Shown in pieces: positions 18,101 through 26,189 of a stretch of 33,969 nucleotides of DNA. Positions within the stretch are counted from its first letter, which is position 1. Every line of letters starts with the position of its first letter. The translations under genes were made by a program, and so were the position numbers. Origin of the DNA: a virus. Its lineage: Duplodnaviria > Caudoviricetes. The notes beneath the pieces were generated by a model. It saw only the letters and a list, made by a program, of their open reading frames with translations, ran no database searches and was not told the origin of the DNA. The stretch spans positions 1 through 33,969 of the IMG/VR virus record IMGVR_UViG_3300033406_000027; one strand, 5' to 3'.

Positions 18101-18924
18101 AGGACTTGGGGCAAAATCTGGTTAAAACAATAGTAGGCATTTATGCAAAAATGTATGCCAGTCGCATTGCATTTTCATTAACAGGCAAGACTCAGAATGA
18201 TGTAGACGCTGCTAATACAGCGGCGGCACAAGCCACGGCAACGGCGGCAACAGTATCGGCATATACTGCCAGAACGGCAGCGGCAACCGCTTATTATTCG
18301 GCGGTAACAGCGGCACAAGCAACATCAATGACTACACAAACGACGGTTGCATCTACGGCGATGGCAACTTTACTTGCTGCCTCTACGGCGATGGCTGCGG
18401 CAATAGCAGCCGCATGGGCACCGGCTGCAGCTATGGTGTCTTTAGCCACTATGGGGGCAAACTCTGAAGCAGCGATTGCCGGGATGACGGCGGCAACACT
18501 AGCTGCCACGGCTTTAGCTGTACCTAAAATGGCAACCGGCGGTATAATTTCTGGTCCAGGGACTGGAACAAGCGATAGCATACTGGCGTGGGTTTCGGCG
18601 GGAGAATCTGTTTTGACTGCTAAGGCTACCAATTTGCTAGGATCATCCGTAATAAACGGCCTTAACAATGGTCAGTTGCAGGGGTTTGCTTCCGGTGGCA
18701 TTGTTGCAAGCCCGACCATAGCAGAGATCAGTCAAGGACGTTACCAAGACACGGTGTCGATTGATAAGGGGAACTCGGTAAGCACAGATAACGCGGGTAA
18801 CGGAAGCTCTAGCCCAATCATCACGACTAATATGTACGGCGATATTAATACAGAGACAGATGTCGATAAGGTGAGTAAGAAGATCGCCAATAAAGTCAAA
18901 TATGCGCTGATGGGGGCGTCGTAA
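15199..18924 (+). CDS. Tape measure protein
   Basis: ~1240 aa; FAAQTPF tape-measure domain, periodic W/F helical repeats, MATGG/FASGG C-terminal motifs. Confidence 0.95.
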   Translation: MATTLADLLIKLGVDTSDFQKNLRNAQKQLRTAFGSDAIDLSKDISVGFAGIAAAALGVGVASIKMASDMAATKKSFTTLIGNAQDAQQFLDDLTSFAAQTPFQLTGLTDASKKLLAFGFAAEDIIPIMSAIGDAAALLGVGQEGIDHITLAIGQMNAKGKVSADEMNQLAETGIPVWKMLADAIGTDIPTAMKQAETGSISGVTGINAILTGMQTKFKGGMAGMATEISGIWSNIVDNTESVMRKIGDAITDGLDLKTKLSGLSDALSAFATDVQNSGIKQAIIDIVPPELTAAIFVMAGALLGAAVPAMIAFAISAWAAVAPLIPFIAIGAAVGALAYEIWKNWEPLGELFSTLFSTISSIFSEAWDGIISVISPVWETVVSIISTAWNTVLSVTSAVFDAITPIVKAAALVIGAVLLAAATPVIAAVALLYAAWCTIADVADVIYSNWDKIGQYFSELWDGLVAEVTAVWDEITSYISGIVDGIVATITTAWDNVVTVTTDIFGGIFSTLSDIWYSVVSYISSALDSIVGFINSEWDTAVDLTNSVWNGITSKISEAWDSICRIVSDGVNWVLSKMQALLDLIGTALPDGLKNFVSTFTSGISKISSAASKISLFGGGATSQTSAASAGIDKTFTGLHNAASSAASGSGSSSKTSAADKEAKAYEKLEKQADKTGESIEKEWLSLTNTQMASLDNWYNDEIKKLDESKDANADYTTDRERLDEIYAAKAAKILQEQQKESNAVWDQAYEDVADYKKREALLLAKTDVEKQKIEIESNAEEEITKIQNKYRDLALDFAGKTDEMKLQQIEAWNSVGESFTLMVNGQIVDAKRFADENKNNAAAMKNTSVSFAELTQKEILLVNNETAQKLKDLKYDETLYKQKLDLAYAEGNISAYQSLYKNQQGLQQQDLAGKQAYMDTYLKLWKSATQTAQELWANAVDGMTDNLSSFLTDTFSFTSSIDDAWKDLGQNLVKTIVGIYAKMYASRIAFSLTGKTQNDVDAANTAAAQATATAATVSAYTARTAAATAYYSAVTAAQATSMTTQTTVASTAMATLLAASTAMAAAIAAAWAPAAAMVSLATMGANSEAAIAGMTAATLAATALAVPKMATGGIISGPGTGTSDSILAWVSAGESVLTAKATNLLGSSVINGLNNGQLQGFASGGIVASPTIAEISQGRYQDTVSIDKGNSVSTDNAGNGSSSPIITTNMYGDINTETDVDKVSKKIANKVKYALMGAS

Positions 18925-18926
18925 AC

Positions 18927-20312
18927 ATGCACATCAAATCTGACAATCAAACAGCGACATTTGCCCGCGAATCCACAGCTTATAAGATTGATGGCACGGA
19001 AGTAGCAAGCGGCGTGGCACGTTTTGAGGACGACGGAATAACAATAAGCGCGGATGCAGAAACGCTGACATTGCCGTCCGGTACACTTTTGGCCACTAAG
19101 GGCACAATTATCTTTGATTTTACACCTGGCGATTCGGGGACCTTGCGCTATCTTTTCGACTGTGGAGGTGCGACTAATGCCAATCTGCTACTATATCTCG
19201 ACCCGAAGGGCTACCCAGTGCTGATATACGGCACCGGATCATCAGAGATGACGGTCATCGGTAGCGATGCAGTAACAGCTAAAAGCCGGTTCGCAATAAA
19301 ATATAGTTCGGCTGGCGTTGGTTTATTGATTAATGGCAAAATAGTCATGACCGACTGGGTAAACGGTACGCCGATAACAATCACGACAACCGCCCCGTCA
19401 CTCTCGCTTGGTACAGCATATGTAGGCTCCAAGCAGGACGGCACATTGCAGGCTGGCGGTCAATTTTCTAACCTCTACATATCAAATATTGCACAGACCA
19501 ATGACTGGTTGGCCACTAACGGCACAACGGGGACGACCATTGAAACCGATAAATACGCTACCTATTATGCCGACCTCTTGGCTGATCTGATGGATATTGA
19601 TTATGCTTTACCGAAATACGTGGTTTTATCTGCAGCAGATTTGAGCAAGCGGGTAGACGCTACCTCGAAAATGTTTGCTCACGGCGGTATTAACACCGCC
19701 GATAACAAAGTTGATTACCGTGAAATTGAAATAGTTATTACGATCAATCAATCGACCACAGCAGAGTATTTTGCGGTGGTCGATTTGCTTAAACGGTACC
19801 TGTCGCAATCGGATTACAAGCTCTATATCACCAGCGACAGGTATATAAATATCTCTAATCTATCCAGCATATCAGAGACTTATATTGACGGCTGGTATCT
19901 GAAAAAAGCAGAACTGACCATTACCCTGTTGGCGCTCGATCCGTTCTGGTATACCGGGACGGCCACATCAATGACAACGATCACGGCAACGGGACAATCA
20001 TTCAAAGTGACCAATTCCGGCAGTATCGACAGCCCGGCGACAATCACGATCACGGCGACTGACGCCTGCACATCAATATCGCTAACCAACACTACTGACA
20101 GCGGTCGCATATTCTCGTATGCGGACGTGAGTTTTTTGTCTGGCACGGTATTAGTGGTCAATACCACGGACGGCACAGTCGAGTTAGACGGTACCAGCAC
20201 GATCAATTATTTAACAGGTACCTTTTTATCATTGCTCCCAGGGAACAATGTGTTTACCTACACCGGCGGTACCTGTACTATTGAAATCTCCTATCCGGTG
20301 AGGTGGTTATAG
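18927..20312 (+). CDS. Distal tail protein (Dit) with an inserted LamG/concanavalin-like domain
   Basis: Follows the tape measure; LALDPFWY, NSGSIDSP and LLPGNN Dit motifs; extra ~220-aa beta domain near the N-terminus. Confidence 0.8.
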   Translation: MHIKSDNQTATFARESTAYKIDGTEVASGVARFEDDGITISADAETLTLPSGTLLATKGTIIFDFTPGDSGTLRYLFDCGGATNANLLLYLDPKGYPVLIYGTGSSEMTVIGSDAVTAKSRFAIKYSSAGVGLLINGKIVMTDWVNGTPITITTTAPSLSLGTAYVGSKQDGTLQAGGQFSNLYISNIAQTNDWLATNGTTGTTIETDKYATYYADLLADLMDIDYALPKYVVLSAADLSKRVDATSKMFAHGGINTADNKVDYREIEIVITINQSTTAEYFAVVDLLKRYLSQSDYKLYITSDRYINISNLSSISETYIDGWYLKKAELTITLLALDPFWYTGTATSMTTITATGQSFKVTNSGSIDSPATITITATDACTSISLTNTTDSGRIFSYADVSFLSGTVLVVNTTDGTVELDGTSTINYLTGTFLSLLPGNNVFTYTGGTCTIEISYPVRWL

Positions 20313-21544
20313 TGAATTTTATTTCAGGCCGCTCCTTAGCTGGACGATATATTTTGGCTGGAATAACCAAAACTACGTCGTCGTCGGACGATTCATCAAC
20401 AGTAACATATCCTGTTATTGATAATGCTTTTTATATCGCCCTGTACAATTCAGCCGGCCAGATTACAAAATACCTGGCCAGCGATATATTTGATTCGCCG
20501 CTGGTCTCTGTCGAATTCAAGCTGGAAGAAACCGGCTGCAGTGATTTTACGCTAACCCTTAATCGCGAATATGCCGATCTAATATTCATCAACCAGCGCA
20601 TATCAATTTACCTATTTGGGGAAACGTCGCCGCGCTATACGGGGTATGTCAATGCAAGGGCCTTATCCGGGACAACAACTGAGACGATAGAGGTATCAGG
20701 GTATGGTTATTTTGGCAAATTTGAAAAAATAATCATCAATGAAACATATGAAAACATTGAAGTTATGGCAGCTGTTTCTGATCTGATCCAGAATACTGTA
20801 GCGGCCAAAACAGGAATTACCTATAATTCACGTAAAATGGTATCCACCGACTTTACTTTGACTGGTCAGCAGTTTGCGTATGCAACAGCCAAGGACGTAC
20901 TGGAAGATCTGGCGGGCTATGCGGATGATTATGTGTACGGTGTGGATGAGCTAATGGAGTTTTATTTCAAGCCGCGCACGACCACCATTAACGAGGACTC
21001 CCGCCTTTGGGTTGGTACCCACTTGACCACATTTGAGCCGGAAGAAGACATGTCCGACCTGGTTAACTATTTCTATGTTAAATACGGCGAGGAGCAGGAC
21101 GATGGCAGCTACTATTATTTAGATGACGACAGCGAGCCAGTGGCGTTTTATGATCAAACCAGTATTGATACCTATGGATATTACGAGGATGTTTTGACTA
21201 TGCCGACGGCAATAACCAGCACGGATGTAATCAGGTGGGCACAGAATAAGCTGGAGAATACAAAAAGCCCAACTGTGTCTGCCAAGCTTAGTGGTTTCAC
21301 GTTGGATGTTATTAAACGTAATATCAAGCCGGAAGGTTTGGCCGTCGTAAATTGCGATGATGGCACCCAATACCAGTACCAGGTGACTGAGGTTGATTAT
21401 AAAATATCCGGTGATGATGGCATAACGATGGAAATAACCCTGGGAAGTAAGCCGGATCGGTTAGATAAATACATCCGCAAATTAATTAAAGCCCAGGATG
21501 ATGCAGACGCCTTTGCCGATCTGAGCGATACATCGTCCAGCTAA
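20312..21544 (+). CDS. Baseplate hub / Tal-like tail protein
   Basis: Follows Dit; GCSDFTLTL, YGVDE..FYFK; GTG 20312 after GAGGTGG. Confidence 0.75.
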   Translation: MNFISGRSLAGRYILAGITKTTSSSDDSSTVTYPVIDNAFYIALYNSAGQITKYLASDIFDSPLVSVEFKLEETGCSDFTLTLNREYADLIFINQRISIYLFGETSPRYTGYVNARALSGTTTETIEVSGYGYFGKFEKIIINETYENIEVMAAVSDLIQNTVAAKTGITYNSRKMVSTDFTLTGQQFAYATAKDVLEDLAGYADDYVYGVDELMEFYFKPRTTTINEDSRLWVGTHLTTFEPEEDMSDLVNYFYVKYGEEQDDGSYYYLDDDSEPVAFYDQTSIDTYGYYEDVLTMPTAITSTDVIRWAQNKLENTKSPTVSAKLSGFTLDVIKRNIKPEGLAVVNCDDGTQYQYQVTEVDYKISGDDGITMEITLGSKPDRLDKYIRKLIKAQDDADAFADLSDTSSS

Positions 21545-21556
21545 GGAGAGGAAAAC

Positions 21557-22987
21557 ATGGCAACAGATTATAGGTATGACCAATATAATGACGTTTTGCA
21601 GGCATTGACCGTAACGGATTCGATATACGTAATACCATCAGTCACGCCATATACATTAAAATTATACGAGGTGCCGGAATACGATAGCCCATCATCAATG
21701 TCAATGAGGGTTTGTGATATCCTAACGGCAGCGATTGCCACGACTACGGTCACGACAATCACGGTTGCGAATGGCGATTGGTTTGATGTAGGGAAAACAA
21801 TTACGATTGATTCTGAAAAATTGTATGTCTCGGCGATATCCGACAACATCCTGACGGTTACCCGTGGGTATTCCAGCACGACTGCAAGCGTCCACTCGTT
21901 AGGTGCACAAGTGTTTATTGAGGGTAGCATGACGGAGGTGTCTGCCACGCCAGCGTCCGGTCAGTTTTACCCGGACTATAGTTGCTCGGTAACGGACGAT
22001 TCGACATGGAATACTGGCACAATATTGTTTAATTCAGGGGATGCTGGTAAGATGGTGGCCGTCTCGTATAAGGGCACTGGGACGCTGGTCGATTCTAGGT
22101 TTATTAATTTTAAGTATCCGCCGTGGCTGTATAATCTTGGTTCCGGCGCGGATGGGGATTACTTTGCGACGGGTAATGTGTCGCTCGGCGGCGAGTATAA
22201 CTACACTAATTTCTATTTAGGTGAAAAAATAGATTATTTAGCAACAGCGATCACTTCCACTACGGCTACGACTATTTACGCTTCAACTGCAATTTTTGCC
22301 GTTGGCGATATCCTTACAATCGATTCCGAGCAACTGTATGTTTCAGCAGTATCAACGTTAACCCTGACGGTTACCCGTGGGTATAATAGCACAACGGCGG
22401 CGACGCACGTAATAAGCTCAACAATAACTTCCGATTGCACTTTGACGCTGAGTAGTAACTATCTGGTTATTAGGTGTACCGGTACGGCTATTATTAACGG
22501 TAGAATCATTAGCAAAGGAAAAGGGACAAGTACACCTACTTATAGTAGTGGATCATATATTGGTTATGGCGGCGGAGGTGGCGGGGGTACTTCATCCACC
22601 GCTGGCGTATCCTATATACCGTCATTATACCCAAGAGTTGCTGCAGCAGTAGTTTCTACGCCAAGTGCTGAAAATATTGCAATGGCATTAAATTATGGCC
22701 CAGTATATTATGGAGCTAGTGGATATACCAACGTCACTGGCTATAATGCCGGCGCTGGTGGTGGCGGAGTAGTGATTCTTGCTAAAAAAATTGTTTTTAC
22801 AGGAACAATAAATGCAAACGGCGCAGATGGTGGAACTACTAGTTCAACTTATGCAGTTGGTGGCGGCGGCGGTGGTGTAGTCATTCTAGCTGCAAATGAA
22901 GTAACTAATGCTGGAACTATTACTATTGCAGGTGGATCTGGTTCTTACACTGGGGGAGCCGGTTGGTATAAAGTCCTTACCTTGTAG
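21557..22987 (+). CDS. Tail fibre / receptor-binding protein with a Gly-rich C-terminus
   Basis: Two copies of an IDSE.LYVSA...LTVTRGY module; GGGGG repeats. Confidence 0.8.
   Translation: MATDYRYDQYNDVLQALTVTDSIYVIPSVTPYTLKLYEVPEYDSPSSMSMRVCDILTAAIATTTVTTITVANGDWFDVGKTITIDSEKLYVSAISDNILTVTRGYSSTTASVHSLGAQVFIEGSMTEVSATPASGQFYPDYSCSVTDDSTWNTGTILFNSGDAGKMVAVSYKGTGTLVDSRFINFKYPPWLYNLGSGADGDYFATGNVSLGGEYNYTNFYLGEKIDYLATAITSTTATTIYASTAIFAVGDILTIDSEQLYVSAVSTLTLTVTRGYNSTTAATHVISSTITSDCTLTLSSNYLVIRCTGTAIINGRIISKGKGTSTPTYSSGSYIGYGGGGGGGTSSTAGVSYIPSLYPRVAAAVVSTPSAENIAMALNYGPVYYGASGYTNVTGYNAGAGGGGVVILAKKIVFTGTINANGADGGTTSSTYAVGGGGGGVVILAANEVTNAGTITIAGGSGSYTGGAGWYKVLTL
21850..22384 (+). repeat. 22-bp exact direct repeat CCTGACGGTTACCCGTGGGTAT (21850-21871 and 22363-22384) inside a duplicated fibre module
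   Basis: Read directly; offset 513 bp, in frame. Confidence 0.85.
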
Positions 22988-22996
22988 GAGGGTAAA

Positions 22997-23332
22997 ATGA
23001 TTATTGAACTGCTTAAATCTGACGGTACGGTATTTACCAAAATTGAGGGTGTAATTGATGCAGAAACCGAATTTAAAAACGAGTATTTGCCTATGTATAA
23101 ATCGGAAGGTGTAACATCTTGGCAGGAATATACTGAGCCAGTTTTGACGACTGATGAAAAAATTGCTGCTCTTGACTTGGAGTACGAGTCGTCGTTTTCT
23201 ACTGTAACGCAGGCATATTTAACGGCGCTGACGGCGGGAGATACCACAACGGCGACCGCTAGGCAAACTGATTATGCAACACTAGTAACTGAGTATAAAG
23301 CTGCATTAGAGGTGATTGAAAGTGGCAGCTAA
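22997..23332 (+). CDS. Tail fibre-associated (assembly-like) protein
   Basis: GGAGGG RBS; EKIAALDLEY helical C-terminus; follows the fibre gene. Confidence 0.65.
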   Translation: MIIELLKSDGTVFTKIEGVIDAETEFKNEYLPMYKSEGVTSWQEYTEPVLTTDEKIAALDLEYESSFSTVTQAYLTALTAGDTTTATARQTDYATLVTEYKAALEVIESGS

Positions 23333-23438
23333 ATATTGTTTTATTTGTGGGGCTACTAACGATACCACAACCGGGAAATGTACGAATACTAATTGCCCAC
23401 GGTATGTCGCGACAACTACGACCACAACCACAAGCTAA
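23322..23438 (+). CDS. 38-aa Cys4 micro-protein MAAKYCFICGATNDTTTGKCTNTNCPRYVATTTTTTTS (not in the ORF track)
   Basis: GAGGTGA RBS, GTG 23322, TAA 23436-23438, followed by a terminator. Confidence 0.7.
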   Translation: MAAKYCFICGATNDTTTGKCTNTNCPRYVATTTTTTTS

Positions 23439-23463
23439 GACGCCTTGAGCGTCTATTTTTATT
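23438..23463 (+). terminator. Intrinsic terminator
   Basis: AGACGC-CTTGA-GCGTCT followed by ATTTTTATT. Confidence 0.55.
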
Positions 23464-23477
23464 GGGAGGGGTAAGAA

Positions 23478-23945
23478 ATGATTGAAAACATGGCGCCAGC
23501 ATCAGGTCGTATGTACCGAGAAACCGACACAATAATTAATCTTGCTGATCGCTTATATGTTTGCGGCACGCAAATCGGTTCAGAATCAAGTGTAACATTC
23601 GCCAATTCTGCGACGGCGAATACCCAGAGTACAATTACGTTTTCATTGCCTACGAACGTACGAAAAAGGTATTTGTTAGTTTGCTACAATCCTAGCACCG
23701 CGACCGCACTAACGGCAAAAGTTATGGCGGCCAGGACGATCAACAGCACTACGGTTAACTCGCTTCTAACTACGCTTACGGTGGCGGCATCTTCTACTAT
23801 ATCCGGCACGACAGTATCCGCATACTCGTATTTAATTGAGGGTGTCTTCGTGGGAGTTGGGCTGTCGCTTATCGTTAGTAATAACACGGCAATTGGTAGT
23901 TCGGGTGGTTATAGCGCGTATTTTGATTTATTGGAGGCGGATTGA
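23478..23945 (+). CDS. Ser/Thr-rich beta-sandwich protein, probably a virion component
   Basis: GGGAGGGG RBS; 155 aa. Confidence 0.7.
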   Translation: MIENMAPASGRMYRETDTIINLADRLYVCGTQIGSESSVTFANSATANTQSTITFSLPTNVRKRYLLVCYNPSTATALTAKVMAARTINSTTVNSLLTTLTVAASSTISGTTVSAYSYLIEGVFVGVGLSLIVSNNTAIGSSGGYSAYFDLLEAD

Positions 23946-23947
23946 TT

Positions 23948-24169
23948 ATGGCATATCCTCAAAGCTACGTTGCGGTACCGGAAGGTAAAACGATTGCGGA
24001 CTTGGCAACTACGCCTAGTTTGGCTTATCAGTATAGCGATGATAACACGGTCGAATTACCAAGCGGTTACGAATGGATTTCTAACGACATAACTGCGCTG
24101 GAGGCGGCAATTGCGGCGGCTGAAACGACCACAACTGATACAACTGATACCACGGAGACTACGACCTGA
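23948..24169 (+). CDS. Small acidic protein with a Thr-rich tail
   Basis: GGAGG RBS; ends AETTTTDTTDTTETTT; TGATG coupling to the next gene. Confidence 0.65.
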   Translation: MAYPQSYVAVPEGKTIADLATTPSLAYQYSDDNTVELPSGYEWISNDITALEAAIAAAETTTTDTTDTTETTT

Positions 24170-25383
24170 TGGGCGCGCTGGTATCGCCGGTGGTGACGCT
24201 GGTTCGGCCGGCAATAATTTCGCCACTGGGTAATAGCTCATATAGTAACAATAATTATGTGGGGAGCGTGATTGACACGAGTTTATTTACATTTACACGA
24301 GACAGCACGGCGTATTTGGGGTCGCTATTATATGCGTCTGGTGTGGCGCGAACCGGGACGGACAGCACCTGGGGGCAGTATATCGAGGTTGAGGAAAGTA
24401 CCACTAATTTAATTACCAATACAAGTGGTTGCCCTTCAGTTGCTACGTCGAATGTTGGTGGTACTTATCCACCGACACTATCCCTAGTAACGGATTCAGA
24501 TAATCCTTTTGGCAATAATGCCGCTGAGATAGTTTTTCCAATAGCTACCTCGGGCGGATATACAACAGGACACGCTAATTTAAATAGTTGGTTTACTATA
24601 ACGAGTGGATTAACTTATTCGGGCAGAATGTGGGCAAAAGGCGATTTGTCATATGTCACGTTTTATTTCACGGGCGGTTGCGGAATGAGTGCTTTTGCTA
24701 AAACTGGCAAGACAAATGGCGATTGGTATGAATATACAATGAAGAATAATCCCATATCAACACCTGGGTCAGATACTTTATTTATTTATCGAGGTCTCTC
24801 TCATACTGTTGCAATTACTGTATATGTTGGTTTTGTACAAGCTGAAAATAAGATTTATCCTACGTCGCTGGTTAATGGCACACGCGCCGCCGAAGTCATC
24901 TATGCACCAAACAGCTATATAACAGCCAGTAAAGGCACAATTGCCGCCCGGTTCAGCGTTGATGTGCTGACCAGCTCAATACAGGTAATCGGCGATGCCG
25001 CCGGGCTAAGTAGTACGGGCTTGGTGCTGTACGTCAATGCCAGCGGATATTTGGAAGCAAGTTATGGTTCTGGATCCGCGCAGGTCACGGTAACCAGCAC
25101 CCTGGCGGTAACTGCAGACACTGTGTATGACGCTATTTTGACCTGGAGTAGTTCTGGCGTGAACCTCTATTGCGCGGCGTCGGCGACCGGCACAGTGTAC
25201 ACCGCAACGAGTAGCACCGTGCCAAGCATATCGCTGAATACCAATATGTATTTCGGGAGCAACCAGGGGACGCAGTACTTCCTCAATGGGAAATTATACA
25301 ATGTGGTGGGCATAGGCCGGGCGCTGAGTAGCACGGAAGCCGCCGCGCTGATGGGGACAAGCTGGGGCGTGAATTTGATTTGA
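24169..25383 (+). CDS. LamG/carbohydrate-binding virion fibre-like protein
   Basis: FTFTRDSTAY...VEESTTNL, GTRAAEV and RALSSTE LamG end; resembles the Dit insert. Confidence 0.72.
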   Translation: MGALVSPVVTLVRPAIISPLGNSSYSNNNYVGSVIDTSLFTFTRDSTAYLGSLLYASGVARTGTDSTWGQYIEVEESTTNLITNTSGCPSVATSNVGGTYPPTLSLVTDSDNPFGNNAAEIVFPIATSGGYTTGHANLNSWFTITSGLTYSGRMWAKGDLSYVTFYFTGGCGMSAFAKTGKTNGDWYEYTMKNNPISTPGSDTLFIYRGLSHTVAITVYVGFVQAENKIYPTSLVNGTRAAEVIYAPNSYITASKGTIAARFSVDVLTSSIQVIGDAAGLSSTGLVLYVNASGYLEASYGSGSAQVTVTSTLAVTADTVYDAILTWSSSGVNLYCAASATGTVYTATSSTVPSISLNTNMYFGSNQGTQYFLNGKLYNVVGIGRALSSTEAAALMGTSWGVNLI

Positions 25384-25400
25384 TAATGGGAGGGGATGAC

Positions 25401-25577
25401 TTGGATAACTGTTTCCAACATAGTGGTCATCAGGCCCGCATTGAGCAATGCGAAAAGAATGAGGCTGATATTTTTAAGAGGCTACGTGAACTGGAAATGG
25501 CGGTATGGAAGGCTGCAGGAGTAAGCGGAATAACTACAGCCATTTTGGTGGTGCTGTTGGAAAAATTGATTAAGTGA
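25401..25577 (+). CDS. Holin-like protein (XhlA-type: coiled coil plus one C-terminal TM segment)
   Basis: GGAGGGG RBS, TTG 25401; RLRELE followed by a hydrophobic helix; directly upstream of the amidase. Confidence 0.7.
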   Translation: MDNCFQHSGHQARIEQCEKNEADIFKRLRELEMAVWKAAGVSGITTAILVVLLEKLIK

Positions 25578-25578
25578 G

Positions 25579-26136
25579 GTGAGAGTAATGCAGTTAACTG
25601 ATATTCGAGAACTTGCCAAAGCAGCCGCTGGTCAAATTGGTCACGTTTACGTCCATTGGACAGCGGCGCATTATGGTCAGAAGTTTGACGATTATCACAT
25701 CTTGGTAGATAAGGATGGCACAATCTACACTACGGTCAGCGATTTAACAACGCATCTAAATCACACTTATATGCGAAATTCAGGAGCGATTGCTATTGGG
25801 ACACTATGCGCATATCAGGCCCATTCTACCGATAACCTTGGTCCGGAGCCGCCGACTGATGCGCAGATCGAGGCGATAGCCCAGGTGATGGCGGTACTCA
25901 GCGAAGAGTTAGAATTGCCGATCGATATTCAGCACTTTATGACTCATGCTGAAGCGGCTGACAATATGGATAATTGGAATCCAGGTTATGAGCCGAATGG
26001 TTACCCGGATGGAAAGTATGGTCCAGCGAACTCAGTAGAAAGGTGGGATTTTTGGGTGGCGCGTGCAAAGGATACGCCTGGATCCGGCGGAGGGCTATTG
26101 AGAGGTAAAGCGATTTGGTATCTGCATAATGGTTAG
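25579..26136 (+). CDS. Endolysin, N-acetylmuramoyl-L-alanine amidase (Amidase_2) with no cell-wall-binding domain
   Basis: VYVHWTA, YHILVDKDG, HTYMRNSGAIAI, PTDAQIEA and MTHAE. Confidence 0.9.
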   Translation: MRVMQLTDIRELAKAAAGQIGHVYVHWTAAHYGQKFDDYHILVDKDGTIYTTVSDLTTHLNHTYMRNSGAIAIGTLCAYQAHSTDNLGPEPPTDAQIEAIAQVMAVLSEELELPIDIQHFMTHAEAADNMDNWNPGYEPNGYPDGKYGPANSVERWDFWVARAKDTPGSGGGLLRGKAIWYLHNG

Positions 26137-26140
26137 TATT

Positions 26141-26175
26141 GGCCGCTGTTATTAAGACAGACGGCTATTTATTTT
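26141..26175 (+). terminator. Probable terminator
   Basis: GGCCGCTGT-TATTAAG-ACAGACGGCT followed by ATTTATTTT. Confidence 0.45.
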
Positions 26176-26189
26176 GATAAGGAGGACTT

